From positions 9,734,001-9,798,000 of the forward strand of contig OZ249438.1 of assembly GCA_965235115.1 (NCBI GenBank): a stretch of 64,000 bases of DNA, given 5' to 3'. The first letter of the stretch is position 1; every line of letters starts with the position of its first letter. Below the pieces are notes generated by a model. It searched no databases and was not told the DNA's origin. It saw only the letters and a program-made list of their open reading frames with translations. Below, one piece after another: positions 12,067 through 25,240 of this stretch. Source of the DNA: Laetmonice hystrix (taxonomy: Eukaryota). The position numbers were made by a program, and so were the translations under genes.

Positions 12067-13649
12067 TACCCCACAATCGGGTGTGGCAGGACACTAAGAT
12101 CCCGAGGCGTTTGTGCTGAAGGTGACAGAGCCGTCTGAAATCATGCTAAATGAACGCACAGACACATGCATGGTCTGCGGCGTTATTAACCTGCTGGAAG
12201 ACGAGGTCGCACCCCTCGATCGGCCCACAACTGCCCAACAGGCATTCTGCTAATGCAGAGAAATTTGACTGCACTTGGTGGATTACTGACTTGGTTATCC
12301 AGTTATAGGCTAGACTGTACCAATGGTGTGCACATGCCGTCACATGGGCTGCGGCCAGCTTCCCGCAGCCAGAGGCGAGTTGTTTAAAAGAGATCTACAG
12401 TCTTCTGGAAAGTGTCGGGCACCACCAGCTGGTCGGCTAACGGTACGGCTGACCGCAGACTGACTCACCTAGCTCCGGGACATGTGACTACATCGCGCCG
12501 TTTTGATTGGGTATCAATCACGGCTTATTTGATTGGTTCCTCGGCTAATCGTATCACAGCGCAACCTGCTTTCTCATTACAGTTCCTGTAAAAGACAGGG
12601 ATCTGACCCCCGGAAGATAGGTGCCACGTTCAGCCAGAGGTGGTCCTTAGAAAACGCAGATTTCTGGGAGTAGATAAATTTAGGCAGCACGATGCCATGT
12701 TCTAACCGTCTGTGGCAAGCAATGGGTTTCTGCTGATCGGATTTACGAAAATGTTTCTGTTTCCAGAGCTTGATTTTTCTTTTTACTTTGCCCACATGGA
12801 ACGTTCCTTATACTTAGTATTTGGCCGAAGTAGTCAACGATAAGACTTTTTCCAAACTCTAACCGTATTTGCCTGATCTGAAACCAAAATATTATAGGTG
12901 TTTTGCGATATAGTCTTGTCAAAGTTTGTCCAGATCTCAGCGCCGTCACATCGACGGACCCTTACCAAAAGTAGATCTGTTGTGTAGGAAATCTGTTGCC
13001 CCCTTGTAGTTACAGGTACATGTACCATGTATTTCCACTCTGGCACACAGCGGTGTTATTTCAGCGCGAGCAGTAAATGCCCAGTTTTCATGGTGTTTCT
13101 GGTCGGCAGGCCGAATACCGCCCCACGGACCACACTATATACGGAACCGCTCGTTCTCCCTGTCTGTAGTCGACCTTTCCGCGGCCAAGGCCGTATACTT
13201 GGAATCGCCCCTTTTACCCTGACTGCCATTGTATTGTGGATCAATAATATTGATTCATTTACTGTGAATGAAATAAATATCCTTCAGCCAGCAGTTAAAG
13301 CCGTACAACCGCCTTCCCGTGGCGAGAATCACCGACAGACGTTTTTAGAAAGGCCAATATTTGTCATTCCCATGGTTATCAAGGCATTGACTGCGGGTTA
13401 AATGTCGGAGACAGAGCCTAGAGCCGTGTCAGGGGTCAGTGGTAAACGGTTGCCCAGGCGACGGGATGTATGGGTCGTGTTCGATTGGCCGGTTGGTTGG
13501 ATCAGCATGTGTTGGGGGCTGGTAATAGGAACGTTACACTATGGTAGAGAGTTTAGAAAGGTGATCGCTAGATCAAGATGAAGATTGATGGGCTAGCAAT
13601 TGGCTATACCTTTTTGTACGGGGGTCTGCTAAAGGCGCACGTCTCAACA

Positions 13650-13860
13650 ACGGCTCGGGTCATTATGGAGGCGATCAGGTTGATTGGTGGAGGAAACCGG
13701 AGAACCTGGGGAAAATAAACGATACGCAGCAAGTGGCGGGCAAAGCTTTGACCCATAAGGAAAGATGGGGAGTCGATGCCAGAGGTGGAAAGCCGCCTAA
13801 AAGAAAATATAGTAAGGCCGGATACTGGTGCCATAGGTTGAGGTCATACCATGGGCCGGG
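13650..13860 (-). mobile_element. second SINE-like fragment with the same core
   Basis: Minus strand reads ccaggttctccggtttcctccaccaatcaacctgatcgcc; degenerate box-B-like gcatcgactcccc upstream. Boundaries approximate. Confidence 0.5.
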
Positions 13861-15045
13861 GCCGTTATCTGGGCTGGGGCCGTATCATAATGGTGGGGGC
13901 CATACCCTGGGCCGGAAACATACCATACGTTGGGGCCTTACCTGACTTTGGGGTTGGGGCCATATCCTTGGCTGGGGTCGTCGGGTCGGCAAGCCCCATT
14001 GAGATGTTTGTTGTGTGGGTAGAGCCCCGACCAGGACAGACCGACTGTGTTTGTTGTGCCCGGATTACCTCCATATGATGCCGGGGGTCGCCCCCCCCCC
14101 AACCACCACCTTCACCACAGACTTGGCTGGGTTCGCTGGCACTGCCCCTTCGTCCCTGAGCCAGCAGGTAGGCATCGCGGGACCCATCACAAAGTGCACT
14201 TTTTTATTTATTTATTTTTTAAATATGAGCCCGTCTCACACTTCTTATTTGAACAAACGTCTTTTTCAACCGCCTGTTGTTTAGCGAATAAGCTATCGTA
14301 CTTCATGATCATCTCAGGTTATTTGTTCAAAGGGGAAAACATATGCAGGCAGTTGAGTACGGGCCGGCTTAGTAAACATAGTGTACAGGTCAGCAATACT
14401 GGCTGGGAAATATATAATGTGAAGTGTTCTGTAAATCAACAACGATGGCTGTTTAATCGTCGCTTAGTGCACACCTTTTTTTTAGGGGGGATGTCTTTCT
14501 GGAAGTCACTGACTCTCGACACTGCAAGCAGAACAGAAGTAGTCGGGTCGCTGGTGGTGGCGGTGGGAGTTTAATACGGAGGATCTGGCTTTTAAAGTGG
14601 AACAAACGGAAGAATTAAATGCTAAAATTTACGTTTACCAATGGTCCATATAGCATAAATAATCGAGATCCGCGAACTGTTGGAATCCGAATTAAACAAG
14701 AGCTCAAGGGATGGCAGCGCTCTCTTCAACAACCAACAGAAACACTGTTGTGACGTCATTCTATAGGATGACGTCATCATATGGGATGATGTCACAGTTC
14801 TGGGATGAGATCATGACGATGCTCTCTCGGTCAGATTTCAAGGCGATTACTTCAGGAACCCCTAAAACAGGACATTGATATATTAATATTATCTCGGCTT
14901 AAGCAAGCAAATGACCTCCCTGAGATTAGTCCCATGGGACAGTTCAGGTATGACCGTGACTGTAGAGTGGCTATGTTTTGTGGCCGTGTTCTGAGATTGT
15001 GGCCGTCAGTGAACAGTGACTGTGCAGCTGTGTCCGTCATTGTAT

Positions 15046-15195
15046 ACAATGAGTGTACATGTGTGACTGACCGTGACTGTGTCCGTCAATGAGTGTACAT
15101 GTGTGACTGACCGTGACTGTGTCCGTCAATGAGTGTACATGTGTGACTGGCCGTGACTGTGTCCGTCAATGAGTGTACATGTGTGACTGACTGTG
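15046..15195. repeat. 40-bp tandem repeat, ~4 copies
   Basis: aatgagtgtacatgtgtgactgaccgtgactgtgtccgtc. Confidence 0.9.
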
Positions 15196-15519
15196 TCCAG
15201 TGAAGCCCTGTCTCCATGTTCACTGACTGTATTGTATACAGACTGTCTGTGGTGATGTGGACAGGCACTTTAAGTGAATACAGGACGTGATCGGTAATGA
15301 CGGACGCTCTGGCCTCATTACAAAACGTGAATATTCCTCTGACAATTACAGGGGTCTCCAACCCCGCTGTCATTGTCCCGGGATCATCCCCCACCCCAGT
15401 CTCCCTGGCTCCAGGGCGGGAGTAGATCTCTGGCTGTGACTCTCGGCTGTGGGCGGGTAGGGGGTATATTAACCGGGTGGGATGGGGTGTAGCGTTGGGA
15501 GTTCAGGGCCGTACCGGAC

Positions 15520-15950
15520 TCATGTTTGTAGCGGGGAGGAAGGGGAACATGGTCATAGCGGTCCCATGTTGGTACCGCTGGATTGTATAGGGTTGTGCTG
15601 AGCCCATGTTTGTAGCGGGAGAGTACCCGGCCGTTATATGTTTGTAGCGGGGAGGAGGGAACATGATCATAGCGGTCCCATGTTGGTAGCGCTGGATCGT
15701 ATAGCGCTGTGCTGGGCCCATGTTTGTAGCGGGGAAGAAGGGAAACATGGTCATAGCGGTCCCATGTTGGTAGCGCTGGATTGTATAGCGCTGTGCTGGG
15801 CCCATGTTTGTAGCGGGGAGGAGGGAACATGATCATAACGGTCTCGTGTTGGTAGCGCTGATTGTATATAGCGCTGTGCTGGGCCCATGTTTGTAGCGGG
15901 GAGTACCGGGCCGTTATATGTTTGTAGCGGGGATGAGGCCGTACAGGACT
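15520..15950. repeat. composite minisatellite
   Basis: recurrent catgtttgtagcgggga and catagcggtcccatgttggtagcgctg modules. Confidence 0.85.
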
Positions 15951-16644
15951 CATATTTGTTGGGGAGACGGCCGTGCCTGACCTCAGTTTGCGAGGGGGGG
16001 GGGGAGTATGTGCGGTACAAGGCCCATGTTTGTTTGTAGTCTGTTAGTAATTATTACCGACGGCAGCCATGTGCCTACAGTCGGTCAGGTGGTGTGAGTT
16101 GTGGCAGCCCTAAACAGGTGTGGCCAGGCCGTAAACCAACCGTTTTACTACACTTTTTTATCATCGTTATGTGCTCTCCTTTACGGCTCACACATAATAC
16201 TTCTACACTTGATTTAGGATCTCGACAATGAGGTCTAAGATAGATGTACATACAATGCGTTCTCAGGAAGGAAAAAAAACGAACCTTGGCATGATTGCGT
16301 ATGGATACTGTGGAAACGTTACGAGGCAGGTGTATGTTGTTCGCTGAGTCTCACTGAAGATGTAGTCCGGTTGTTTTGAGTTGCGTTAGATTGTATATTC
16401 AATTGTTGCCTGGTTAGGTTCAAGTAGACAATCTCGACTCATAACATTTTCCATCCTGGACTGTTAATTATAGTGTTGACGGAGATTTTAATTCTGACTT
16501 TATAAATGGTCGTCTTTTTGGACACGGTTTGGTAACCAGAATTGTTCTGTTGCGACGTTTTTTCTGGCAAAAGCTTCGCTCCCCCAGAAGGCAAGATTCC
16601 TTGAAACAAGCAATGATTGGGGCCTGCTATCTGAAGCGGGGGCC

Positions 16645-17023
16645 TGCATACCAGGGGTGGGACCTGCATACTAGGGGTGGGACCTGCATACCAGGGGTGG
16701 GACCTGCATACCCGGGGTGGGACCTGCATACCAGGGGCGGGACCTGCATACCAGGGGTGGGACCTGCATACCAGGGGTGGGACCTGCATACCAGGGGTGG
16801 GACCTGCATAGCAAGGGTGGGACCTGCGTACCAGGGGTGGGACCTGCATACTAGGGGTGGGACCTGCATACCAGGGGTAGGACCTGCGTACCAGCTGTGG
16901 GACCTGCGTACCAGGGGCGGGACCTGCATACCAAGGATGGGACCTGCATACCAAGGATGGGACCTGCGTACCAGGGGTGGGACCTGCATACCAGGGTTGG
17001 GACCTGCATACCAGGGGTGGGAC
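16645..17023. repeat. 20-bp minisatellite, ~19 copies
   Basis: gggacctgcataccaggggt. Confidence 0.95.
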
Positions 17024-17324
17024 CAATGGTGACGGTTTTCGGCTCCGCCCAGACGTTGCATGGAGCACTTTGCCAGAGCACTTGACGACCCGCTTTGATG
17101 TAAGTTACAAAACCTGTGGCAAAAACAGTACTGGCCCGGAGAACGAATCTACGATCATTTGTTTCAAGGAGACAAGAGATCTTGAGGCTATGTGAATAAG
17201 TCGGGAGAATACCAGTCGGACCAGTTGTTAGCAGGATGTATGGCATGAGGTGCTGGTCTCATTAGCTCGGGTTTGTTTACGGTGTTGGCGAACTGACTGA
17301 CCAAACCACCGGTCACCAATCCGA

Positions 17325-17900
17325 CCATTCCACCCTCCCAGGTGACCCGACCAGCCACTCCATCCACTCCAGTGACCTACCCGACCACTCCACCCACTCC
17401 AGTGACCCACCCGACCACTCCATCCACTCCAGTGACCCTCCACTCCACCCACTCCAGTGACCCACGACTCCACCCACCCTGGTGACCCACCCGATCACTC
17501 CACCCACTCCAGTGAACCACCCGACCACTCCACCCACTCCAGTGAACCACGACTCCACCCAGCCTGCTGACCCACCCGACCACTCCACCCACCGCTGTGA
17601 CCCACTCGACCACTCCGCCCACTCCGGTGACCCACGACTCCACCCACCCTGGTGACCCACCCGACCACTCCACCCACTCCAGTGACCCACCCGACCACTC
17701 CACCCACCCCGGTGACCCTCCACTCCACCCACTCCAGTGACCCACGACTCCACCCACCCAGGTGACCCACCCGACCACTCCACCCACTCCAGTGACCCAC
17801 CCGACCACTCCACCCACTCCAGTGACCCACCCGACTACTCCACCCACCCCGGTGACCCGACTACTCCACCCACCCCAGTGACCCACCTACCCACCTCCCC
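17325..17900. repeat. C-rich composite minisatellite
   Basis: ccactccacccactccagtgacccacccga-type units; G-rich on the minus strand. Confidence 0.9.
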
Positions 17901-18564
17901 CCCCCCCCACCCTCCCTCCTGCCGACGATCCCTGAAGACGTAAACGGGCCGCCTGTAGCCGACTAGCCGGCGGTCCGCCGTAGGTTCTGTCAGCTGGCAG
18001 CCATCCCCACCACCCGTCACTCACACTGTCAGTCCACTCTATGTTTTCTCACTTAACGATCCTCAGCTCAGTGCAGCGGAAAACTGGCTGTCCAAACACT
18101 GGTCCCTAGCCGTCAGTGAGATCTGCCCGGCCTGCCAGCCCGACCTGCTCGACCTGCCTCCAGAACGTCACTCCTGTCAGGGTTCAGGGGGCGGCCACAG
18201 CTTAAGATCTGTCAACAGCTTTTATAAAGGCATTGTCTCCCATCATGTATAACAATGTCCACTTCCAAACTCCATGTGATGTGCTATGTGGTGAATAGTT
18301 TTATCAATTATTTATCGGCCAGTTGTTCTACGACCGGTACGGTATGATTCTGAGTGACTTTCACGGAAGTCGCCCTGGCTGTGATGCCGATGTGGTGGCT
18401 GAAAGCCCGAGGGAAGAGTAGAGGGACAAGAGTTGGGTTTAATGGGAGTCCACTGACACCCGTCATAGGCTGGTAAACGGTAGTATGCTGCCAAACTGTA
18501 GTAGTACATACTACCTTCCGGGATGCATTAAACGGTATTGGGTGACTTACATGGTGCGATAAAC

Positions 18565-19335
18565 CTTGTATGATGTTGGACCTACCAACCACCCTTTATG
18601 ATGTTTGGATCAGCCAGGCACTTGTCAACCTACGACCCTGTACGATGTTGGACCTGCGAGACCTTGTAAACCAGCCACCCTGTACGATGTTGCAACTGCG
18701 AGGCCTTGTAAACCAACCACCCTTTATGATGTTGGAACTGCGAGGCCTTGTAAACCAACCACCCACCCTTTATGATCATGTTGGGACTGCGAGGCCTTGT
18801 AAACCAACCACCCTGTACGATGTTGGAACTGCGAGGCCTTGTAAACCAACCACCCTGTACGATGTTGGACCTGTGAAGCCTTGTAAACCAACCACCCTGT
18901 ACGATGTTGGAACTGCGAGGCCTTGTAAACCAACCACCCTGTACGATGTTGGACCTGTGAAGCCTTGTAAACCAACCACCCTGTACGATGTTGGACCTGT
19001 GAAGCCTTGTAAACCAACCACCCTGTACGATGTTGGACCTGTGAAGCCTTGTAAACCAACCACCCTGTACGATGTTGGACCTGAGAGACTTCGTAAACCA
19101 ACCACCTGTACGATGTTGGACCTGTGAAGCCTTGTAAACCAACCACCTGTACGATGTTGGACCTGTGAAGCCTTGTAAACCAACCACCCTGTACGATGTT
19201 GGAACTGCGAGGCCTTGTAAACCAACCACCCTGTACGATGTTGGAACTGCGAGGCCTTGTAAACCAACCACCCACCCTTTATGATCATGTTGGAACTGAG
19301 AGGCCGTGTAAACCAACCACCCTGTATGATGTTGG
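18565..19335. repeat. 42-bp minisatellite, ~18 copies
   Basis: tgtacgatgttggaactgcgaggccttgtaaaccaaccaccc. Confidence 0.95.
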
Positions 19336-19469
19336 ATCAATCTAGCTCTCTGATAATGAGTACTAATAATGTTTAACGTCATTCAGTCCTCATTAACCCA
19401 TTCCATTTTTATTTATGGCCGAGATCGTTTTTTTGTGAATGCGGATGGTAGAAAACTTTAAAATGACAC

Positions 19470-19518
19470 TACACCGGCTATAGTCTGACCTGTGACAGGT
19501 CAGACTATAGCCGGTGTA
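19470..19518. other. perfect 49-bp palindrome (24-bp arms, 1-nt spacer)
   Basis: tacaccggctatagtctgacctgt g acaggtcagactatagccggtgta. Confidence 0.95.
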
Positions 19519-19789
19519 TACACGTGTAAGTGCCCCAGCAGCAGTGGTCGGAACCATACATCATTCTGAGCGGTAAAAATTGGCCAAGCATTGGGTGCAC
19601 TAAGAGCGTTACCGTGGGCCCCGGTAGCTGGAGGCCAGCAGGGCCCGGTCGCTTGGATCCTGCTCGGTGTACACAGTCCATTAGGTCGGTGACAGGGTAA
19701 GGCTATGGATGAGGGCCACAGGCCGAGGGTCAAGGGAGGTCCCCACTCTGTGTGTGGAAAACAGCAACACGGCTTCCATCTTCACCAAA

Positions 19790-20070
19790 CTCAACCTGAG
19801 ACTGGGGGCGGGGAGGGGGGGCTCTCAACCTGAGACTGGGGGCGGGGAGGGGGGGCTCTCAACCTGAGACTGGGGGCGGGGAGGGGGGGGCTCTCAACCT
19901 GAGACTGGGGGCGGGGAGGGGGGCTCTCAACCTGAGACTGAAGGCGGGGAGGGGGGGCTCTCAACCTGAGGCTGGGGGCGGGGAGGGGGGGGCTCTCAAC
20001 CTGAGACTGGGGGCGGGGAGGGGGGCTCTCAACCTGAGGCTGGGGGCGGGGAGGGGGGGGGGCTCTCAAC
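19790..20070. repeat. ~34-bp G-tract minisatellite x8
   Basis: ctcaacctgagactgggggcggggagggggggct. Confidence 0.95.
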
Positions 20071-23000
20071 AAGACGGGTTCGACCACCGGCATCTTACCG
20101 GCCGAGTACTGGGGGGCGTTTCCATACAGCGCTGCCGGCCCACTAATCCGTTCACCCTACCACTGTTCGTCACACCCAACCGTCACACCCAACCGTCACA
20201 CCCAATCCCCAACCCGTCACACCAACCCGTCACTCCTAACCCCCTGAAAAACTCGTTACTCCCAACCAAATCTGTCACATCGAGCTCGTCACAATCCCTC
20301 CCCCTGCGTCACATCCAGCTCGTCACAAACCCTTCCCCAATCCCTCACACCCAAAACCCCAGCCCGTCACGGCTCATCACACCAACCCACCTAACCCGTC
20401 ACATCCAGTCCTCAACCCGTCACCAACCACTTCCCAATCCGTCACACCAATGGTACCATGTAATGACGGTCCGTCGGGTGTCCGCGGTGGTGGACAGACA
20501 TATAGTGTAGAAAGGGGTTCTCTGACCGAGCCCAGACCGGAATACAAGACTCGGTCCTCGGCATGATTCAGCCCTGATTGTATTGAGCTTGGAGTGGCAT
20601 GGAAAGCCTGCCTATAGACGGATGGTTAAGTGACGTTAGCATGCAGGCCTCTCCCTCTTTTTAATGTCATACTGATTACGTTATAATATAAAGTAGTCAC
20701 CCTTTTAATTGAACGACTGGCGTAAAGCATGTGAATATGCAGCCACGGCTTCACATGCAAATACCATATCAGTGGTACTATCTCTTGAATAGCCGACATA
20801 ATCTTCGGGATACTGTCCGCTGTCCTGGAGAGGGTGGAGGTTTTACCCTCTGAATGGGGCAAACGAAACGCTCATTTTATAGGATATAGACAATTGAGCT
20901 ATTTCCATTGGGGAACGGATTTTTTTTGGGTCTCCTTAACTGCGGTGGAGTTGGAATGATAAAGTACATGTTATTATAACAACAGTTAACGGCTTTATCC
21001 CCCTGTCAGTCTGAACCAGCCCCACACGTGACGGTGGGTGTGGGAGGGGGGAGGGCGGGGGGGGGGCTCTCCTGGGCCTTACATGATTCCGCCCATCAGG
21101 ACATGTATTTCTAGTGTAAGGGTCTGTGTATCGGTATCCGGTCGGTTTCCCGCCGAGCCCGGCCGAGTCCGAAGTCGTGCTATAGATAGTGATATAGATT
21201 CATTACGTCCGTAATACATATTTAAAGCCAGCGGCAAGCAGCCATGCTATAATCCGATAACGGCGGTCTCGCCCATCTGCCAACTGTCACAGCCAATGCC
21301 ATCAACCAGCGCCACCCACTGCCTCGCCCCGTTAAAGTCCTCTCTCTGTCTCTGAGAGCTGGAGCTGCATTGGTCTGCAGCAGACGTCCTGCAGCAATCG
21401 GCCTGCCGCAAACGGCCTGCAGCAGACGTCCTGCAGCAATCGGCCTGCCGCAAACGGCCTACCGCGAACGGCCAGAGTGGGCGCGAGAAACTTCAAGCAA
21501 CAAACGGTTTGTTTCAAACAGCCTGCAGCAAATGGCCTATACAACAAAAAGGGCAGCAATTGGCGGCCTGCAGAAAAGAACCTGCAGCAAACGGAGGCTG
21601 ACGTCAGATGGCCTGCAGCAAACCGCTGGACTCGAGAGAATGGCATGCAGCAATAATTCTACAAGAGGTGACCCGCAGCAGGCCTTTGGCAAGCAGTTTG
21701 CAGTCCCTGGCTGTTTACAGCCCCCGGCGGCCTCACTTGCTACTCACGAGGACGTTATGATTATAATATATACCATATCCAATCATGATGACGTAAGGTT
21801 GGGCAATAGAAAATGAACTAGGCCTATAGGACGTTTGAAGTTTGTCCCTACAACACTCCTTAACATCAATGAATCAAGATTATCCCATGACCATTCGGAT
21901 AATATTCTTCTGGAATCAGACAGCATGTTGTCGGGGAGGGGTGAGTGGGGAGCGGGCCGGTGGTCTAGCCCGAAGATTTCTGTAGATTTCTGAGGTTGAC
22001 AGATTGAGTGGCGCCCCGCGAGGCCCACAGTCCAGGGGGACCCACCGCCCAAGGTACCGGCCCGTATCATCAGACCAGCGGGGAGAGGTGCTCACATTGA
22101 CGGTCCCACCCAGGGGTCCAGGCAGGGGGGCCAAGGGACCGGGCAGGGGGCAAGGGACCGGGCAGGGGGTAGAAGGCCAAATCGATGAGTCAGGTGGACC
22201 CTGTCGGCACGGCAAGGGGCCATGGGCCAAGGGAGAAAGACTAGCTTGATCATGCAGAACGGTAGATTTTCAACCAATTAGATAAAGTCTTGGAGAGTTA
22301 TATTGGGGTCCTATTGGCAATACTTCAGGTCTGGCCCCTTTCTTGGTGTCTGACCTCAGGGGTGGCCACAGATCTGGCCGGCGGCTGCCCACACAGTCTG
22401 ATACCATTGCCCTTTTCTGTGGCTTGAGTTCCAATCGACACAAGACCCAGGGCAGGACCCGGGGCAGGACCCGGGGCAGGACCCGGAGGGGGTCCCGGCC
22501 ACGACATTGACACCACCGATCTCTGTCTGTGGATATTGATTGGGTACGATCTGATCATAGATAGGCCGAGTAAGATGTCACATATGCACGGCTGTCTGGC
22601 CAAGTCTGAGCAACAGAAGGCGACCCCACCGCCGCGACTCGGCCAGGGTCGAAAGACCTGTCACATCCACGGAGAAGTCTGAGACCTCAGGGTCATCTTT
22701 GCAGAGATCCTCTGTTGATATCGCCAATCACCACAGATGTCTTTCGTAGAATGAGATCGGCCCAGATACCGCCAATCTCAGGGAGTTTGAAATCTGCCTC
22801 GGTATGAGCAGTGTGCCCATCGAAACATTTCGCTAGGGTCGAGCCGTTGATGTGACCACCGAGACATTTCGACGATGTCCAGCCCTAGGTGTGACCCCCA
22901 TGACAGAATGGTATGTTGGGTTATTTGTTGTATGTCGTACTGACCTCTGTCACAAAAGCTTGAATTCCCATGTGGCAGATAATGTTACGCCCGTATTCTT

Positions 23001-23344
23001 TACCTCTCTATACATGGCTAATATTACATATGAGGTGTTCTTTACATCGCTGTACATATAGGTAATGTTACATAGGAAGTGTTCTTTACATCGCTGTACA
23101 TATAGGTAATGTTACATAGGATGTGTTCTTTACATCATTGCAATAATGCCGGTATTATTCTCGGCTGTGCATACAAAGCTGGTGGAGGAAGTTCTTGGTT
23201 TACAGTGCAGAGAGCTGTCCTGTCAATGTGTGTGGCTCTGAGATGACCTAATGTCACGACATATTTCACTAAGCAGGACAAAATCTCCACGTGTGTACTG
23301 TGACAGGTACAATGAGCCGCCTTCAGTTGATGAAAGTCGGTCGA

Positions 23345-24180
23345 CTGAGGTGGTATAAGGAGGTTGTCCTTTACATGACCAGCCTCAAGTTGTAGCAGTC
23401 AGTAGACTGAGGTCGGACAAAGAGGTTGTCCTTTAAATGACCAGCCTCAAGTTGTCGCAGTCAGTAGACTGAGGTCGGATCAGGAGGTTGTCCTTTAAAT
23501 GACGAGCCCCAAGTTGTAGCAGTCAGTAGACTGAGGCCGGATCAGAAGGTTGTCCTTTAAATGACCAGCCTCAAGTTGTAGCAGTCAGTAGACTGAGGCC
23601 GGATCAGGAGGTTGTCCTTTAAATGACCAGCCTCAAGTTGTAGCAGTCAGTAGACTGAGGCCGGATCAGGAGGTTGTCCTTTAAATGACGAGCCTCAAGT
23701 TGTCGCAGTCAGTAGACTGAGGTCGGATCAGGAGGTTGTCCTTTAAATGACGAGCCTCAAGTTGTAGCAGTCAGTAGACTGAGGCCGGATCAGGAGGTTG
23801 TCCTTTAAATGATCAGCCTCAAGTTGTAGCAGTCAGTAGACTGAGGTCGGATCAGGAGGTTGTCCTTTAAATGACCTGCCTCAAGTTGTAGCAGTCAGTA
23901 GACTGAGGTCGGACAAAGAGGTTGTCCTTTAAATGACCAGCCTCAAGTTGTAGCAGTCAGTAGGCTGAGGCCGGATCAGGAGGTTGTCCTTTAAATGACG
24001 AGCCTCAAGTTGTAGCAGTCAGTAGACTGAGGCCGGATCAGGAGGTTGTCCTTTAAATGACGAGCCTCAAGTTGTAGCAGTCAGTAGACTGAGGTCGGAT
24101 CAGGAGGTTGTCCTTTAAATGACCAGCCTCAAGTTGTAGCAGTCAGTAGGCTGAGGCCGGCTGAGAAGGGTATCCTTTAA
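23345..24180. repeat. 62-bp minisatellite, ~13 copies
   Basis: agtcagtagactgaggccggatcaggaggttgtcctttaaatgaccagcctcaagttgtagc. Confidence 0.95.
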
Positions 24181-24834
24181 ATGGTCCAGCGGTTGGCAGG
24201 TTATTGGACCCTCCTCGCGGGCCTTGCTCTGTTATTCAGTTAGGGCGCGTTACACGGCAGCGCCTCCGGATCCACAGGAGTTGTCAACCTGCCAGGCTCG
24301 ATCTCACCTCAGGGCTCCGAGCCGGGCGGCCTGGAGGTCAGAGGTCACGGAGGTCGCGGGGTCAGGTGCTGATCCTTACGCTGCAGCCAGCGTCCTCCTC
24401 AGCGCGTTGGCCGTGGAGGAGGCAGGTGGAAACCGATGTCACAGTTATAAATTATGACTCAAAGATAAAGTCAGATCAAGCAGCCAACTTATACAGAGTT
24501 AAGACGTTGTAGATATATATTAAGATAGACTTAATTAGATCTAGGTTTATAATTAAATGTATTAGTGTGGCAAAGGGGCAGGCGACCCTTAATGAGATTG
24601 TATGGTAAAGTAAGAATAAAAAGGACTATTCAATGGCAACTATTTGTAGAAAAAGAACAACGTGTTAAATTTTACAAGCGACAGGCTCAGTCAAACTGTT
24701 GGCATGAAAGGTGCTTCACACCTAGCTCCCGGAGGGGGATCTGGCCCCGGTTTAACCAGTCTTCCCAGGGCTGAACTCTCCTCCACCTGGGCTCACACCT
24801 CGGTCCCGCCTCCACCTCCACCTGCTCTGGTCCC

Positions 24835-25240
24835 GACCGCCGGTCTGGTCTTCAGATCCGATCCCGACCACTGGTTCTGTACCACCTGCTCTGTTCCCGA
24901 CCGCCGGTCTGGTCTTCAGGTCCGATCCCGACCACTGGTCCTGTACCACCTGCTCTGTTCCCGACCGCCGGTCTGGTCTTCAGGTCCGATCCCGACCACT
25001 GGTCCTGTACCACCTGCTCTGTTCCCGACCGCCGGTCCGGTCTTCAGGTCCGATCTCGACCACTGGTCCTGTACCACCTGCTCTGGTCCCGACCGCTGGT
25101 CCGGTCTTCAGGTCCGATCCCGACCACTGGTCCTGTACCACCTGCTCTGGTCCCGACCGCCGGTCTGACCCTCAGGTCCGATCCCTACCACCGGTCCGGT
25201 ACCACCTGCTCTGGTCCCCGATCACCGGTCTGACCCGCAG
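24835..25240. repeat. 64-bp minisatellite, ~6 copies
   Basis: ccgccggtctggtcttcaggtccgatcccgaccactggtcctgtaccacctgctctgttcccga. Confidence 0.92.

Noticed and set aside
24662-25168. Apparent zinc-finger-like repeats (HWxCTTC)
   Set aside because: The unit is 64 bp, not a multiple of 3, so the motif rotates through frames; no complete CxxC..CxxC finger.
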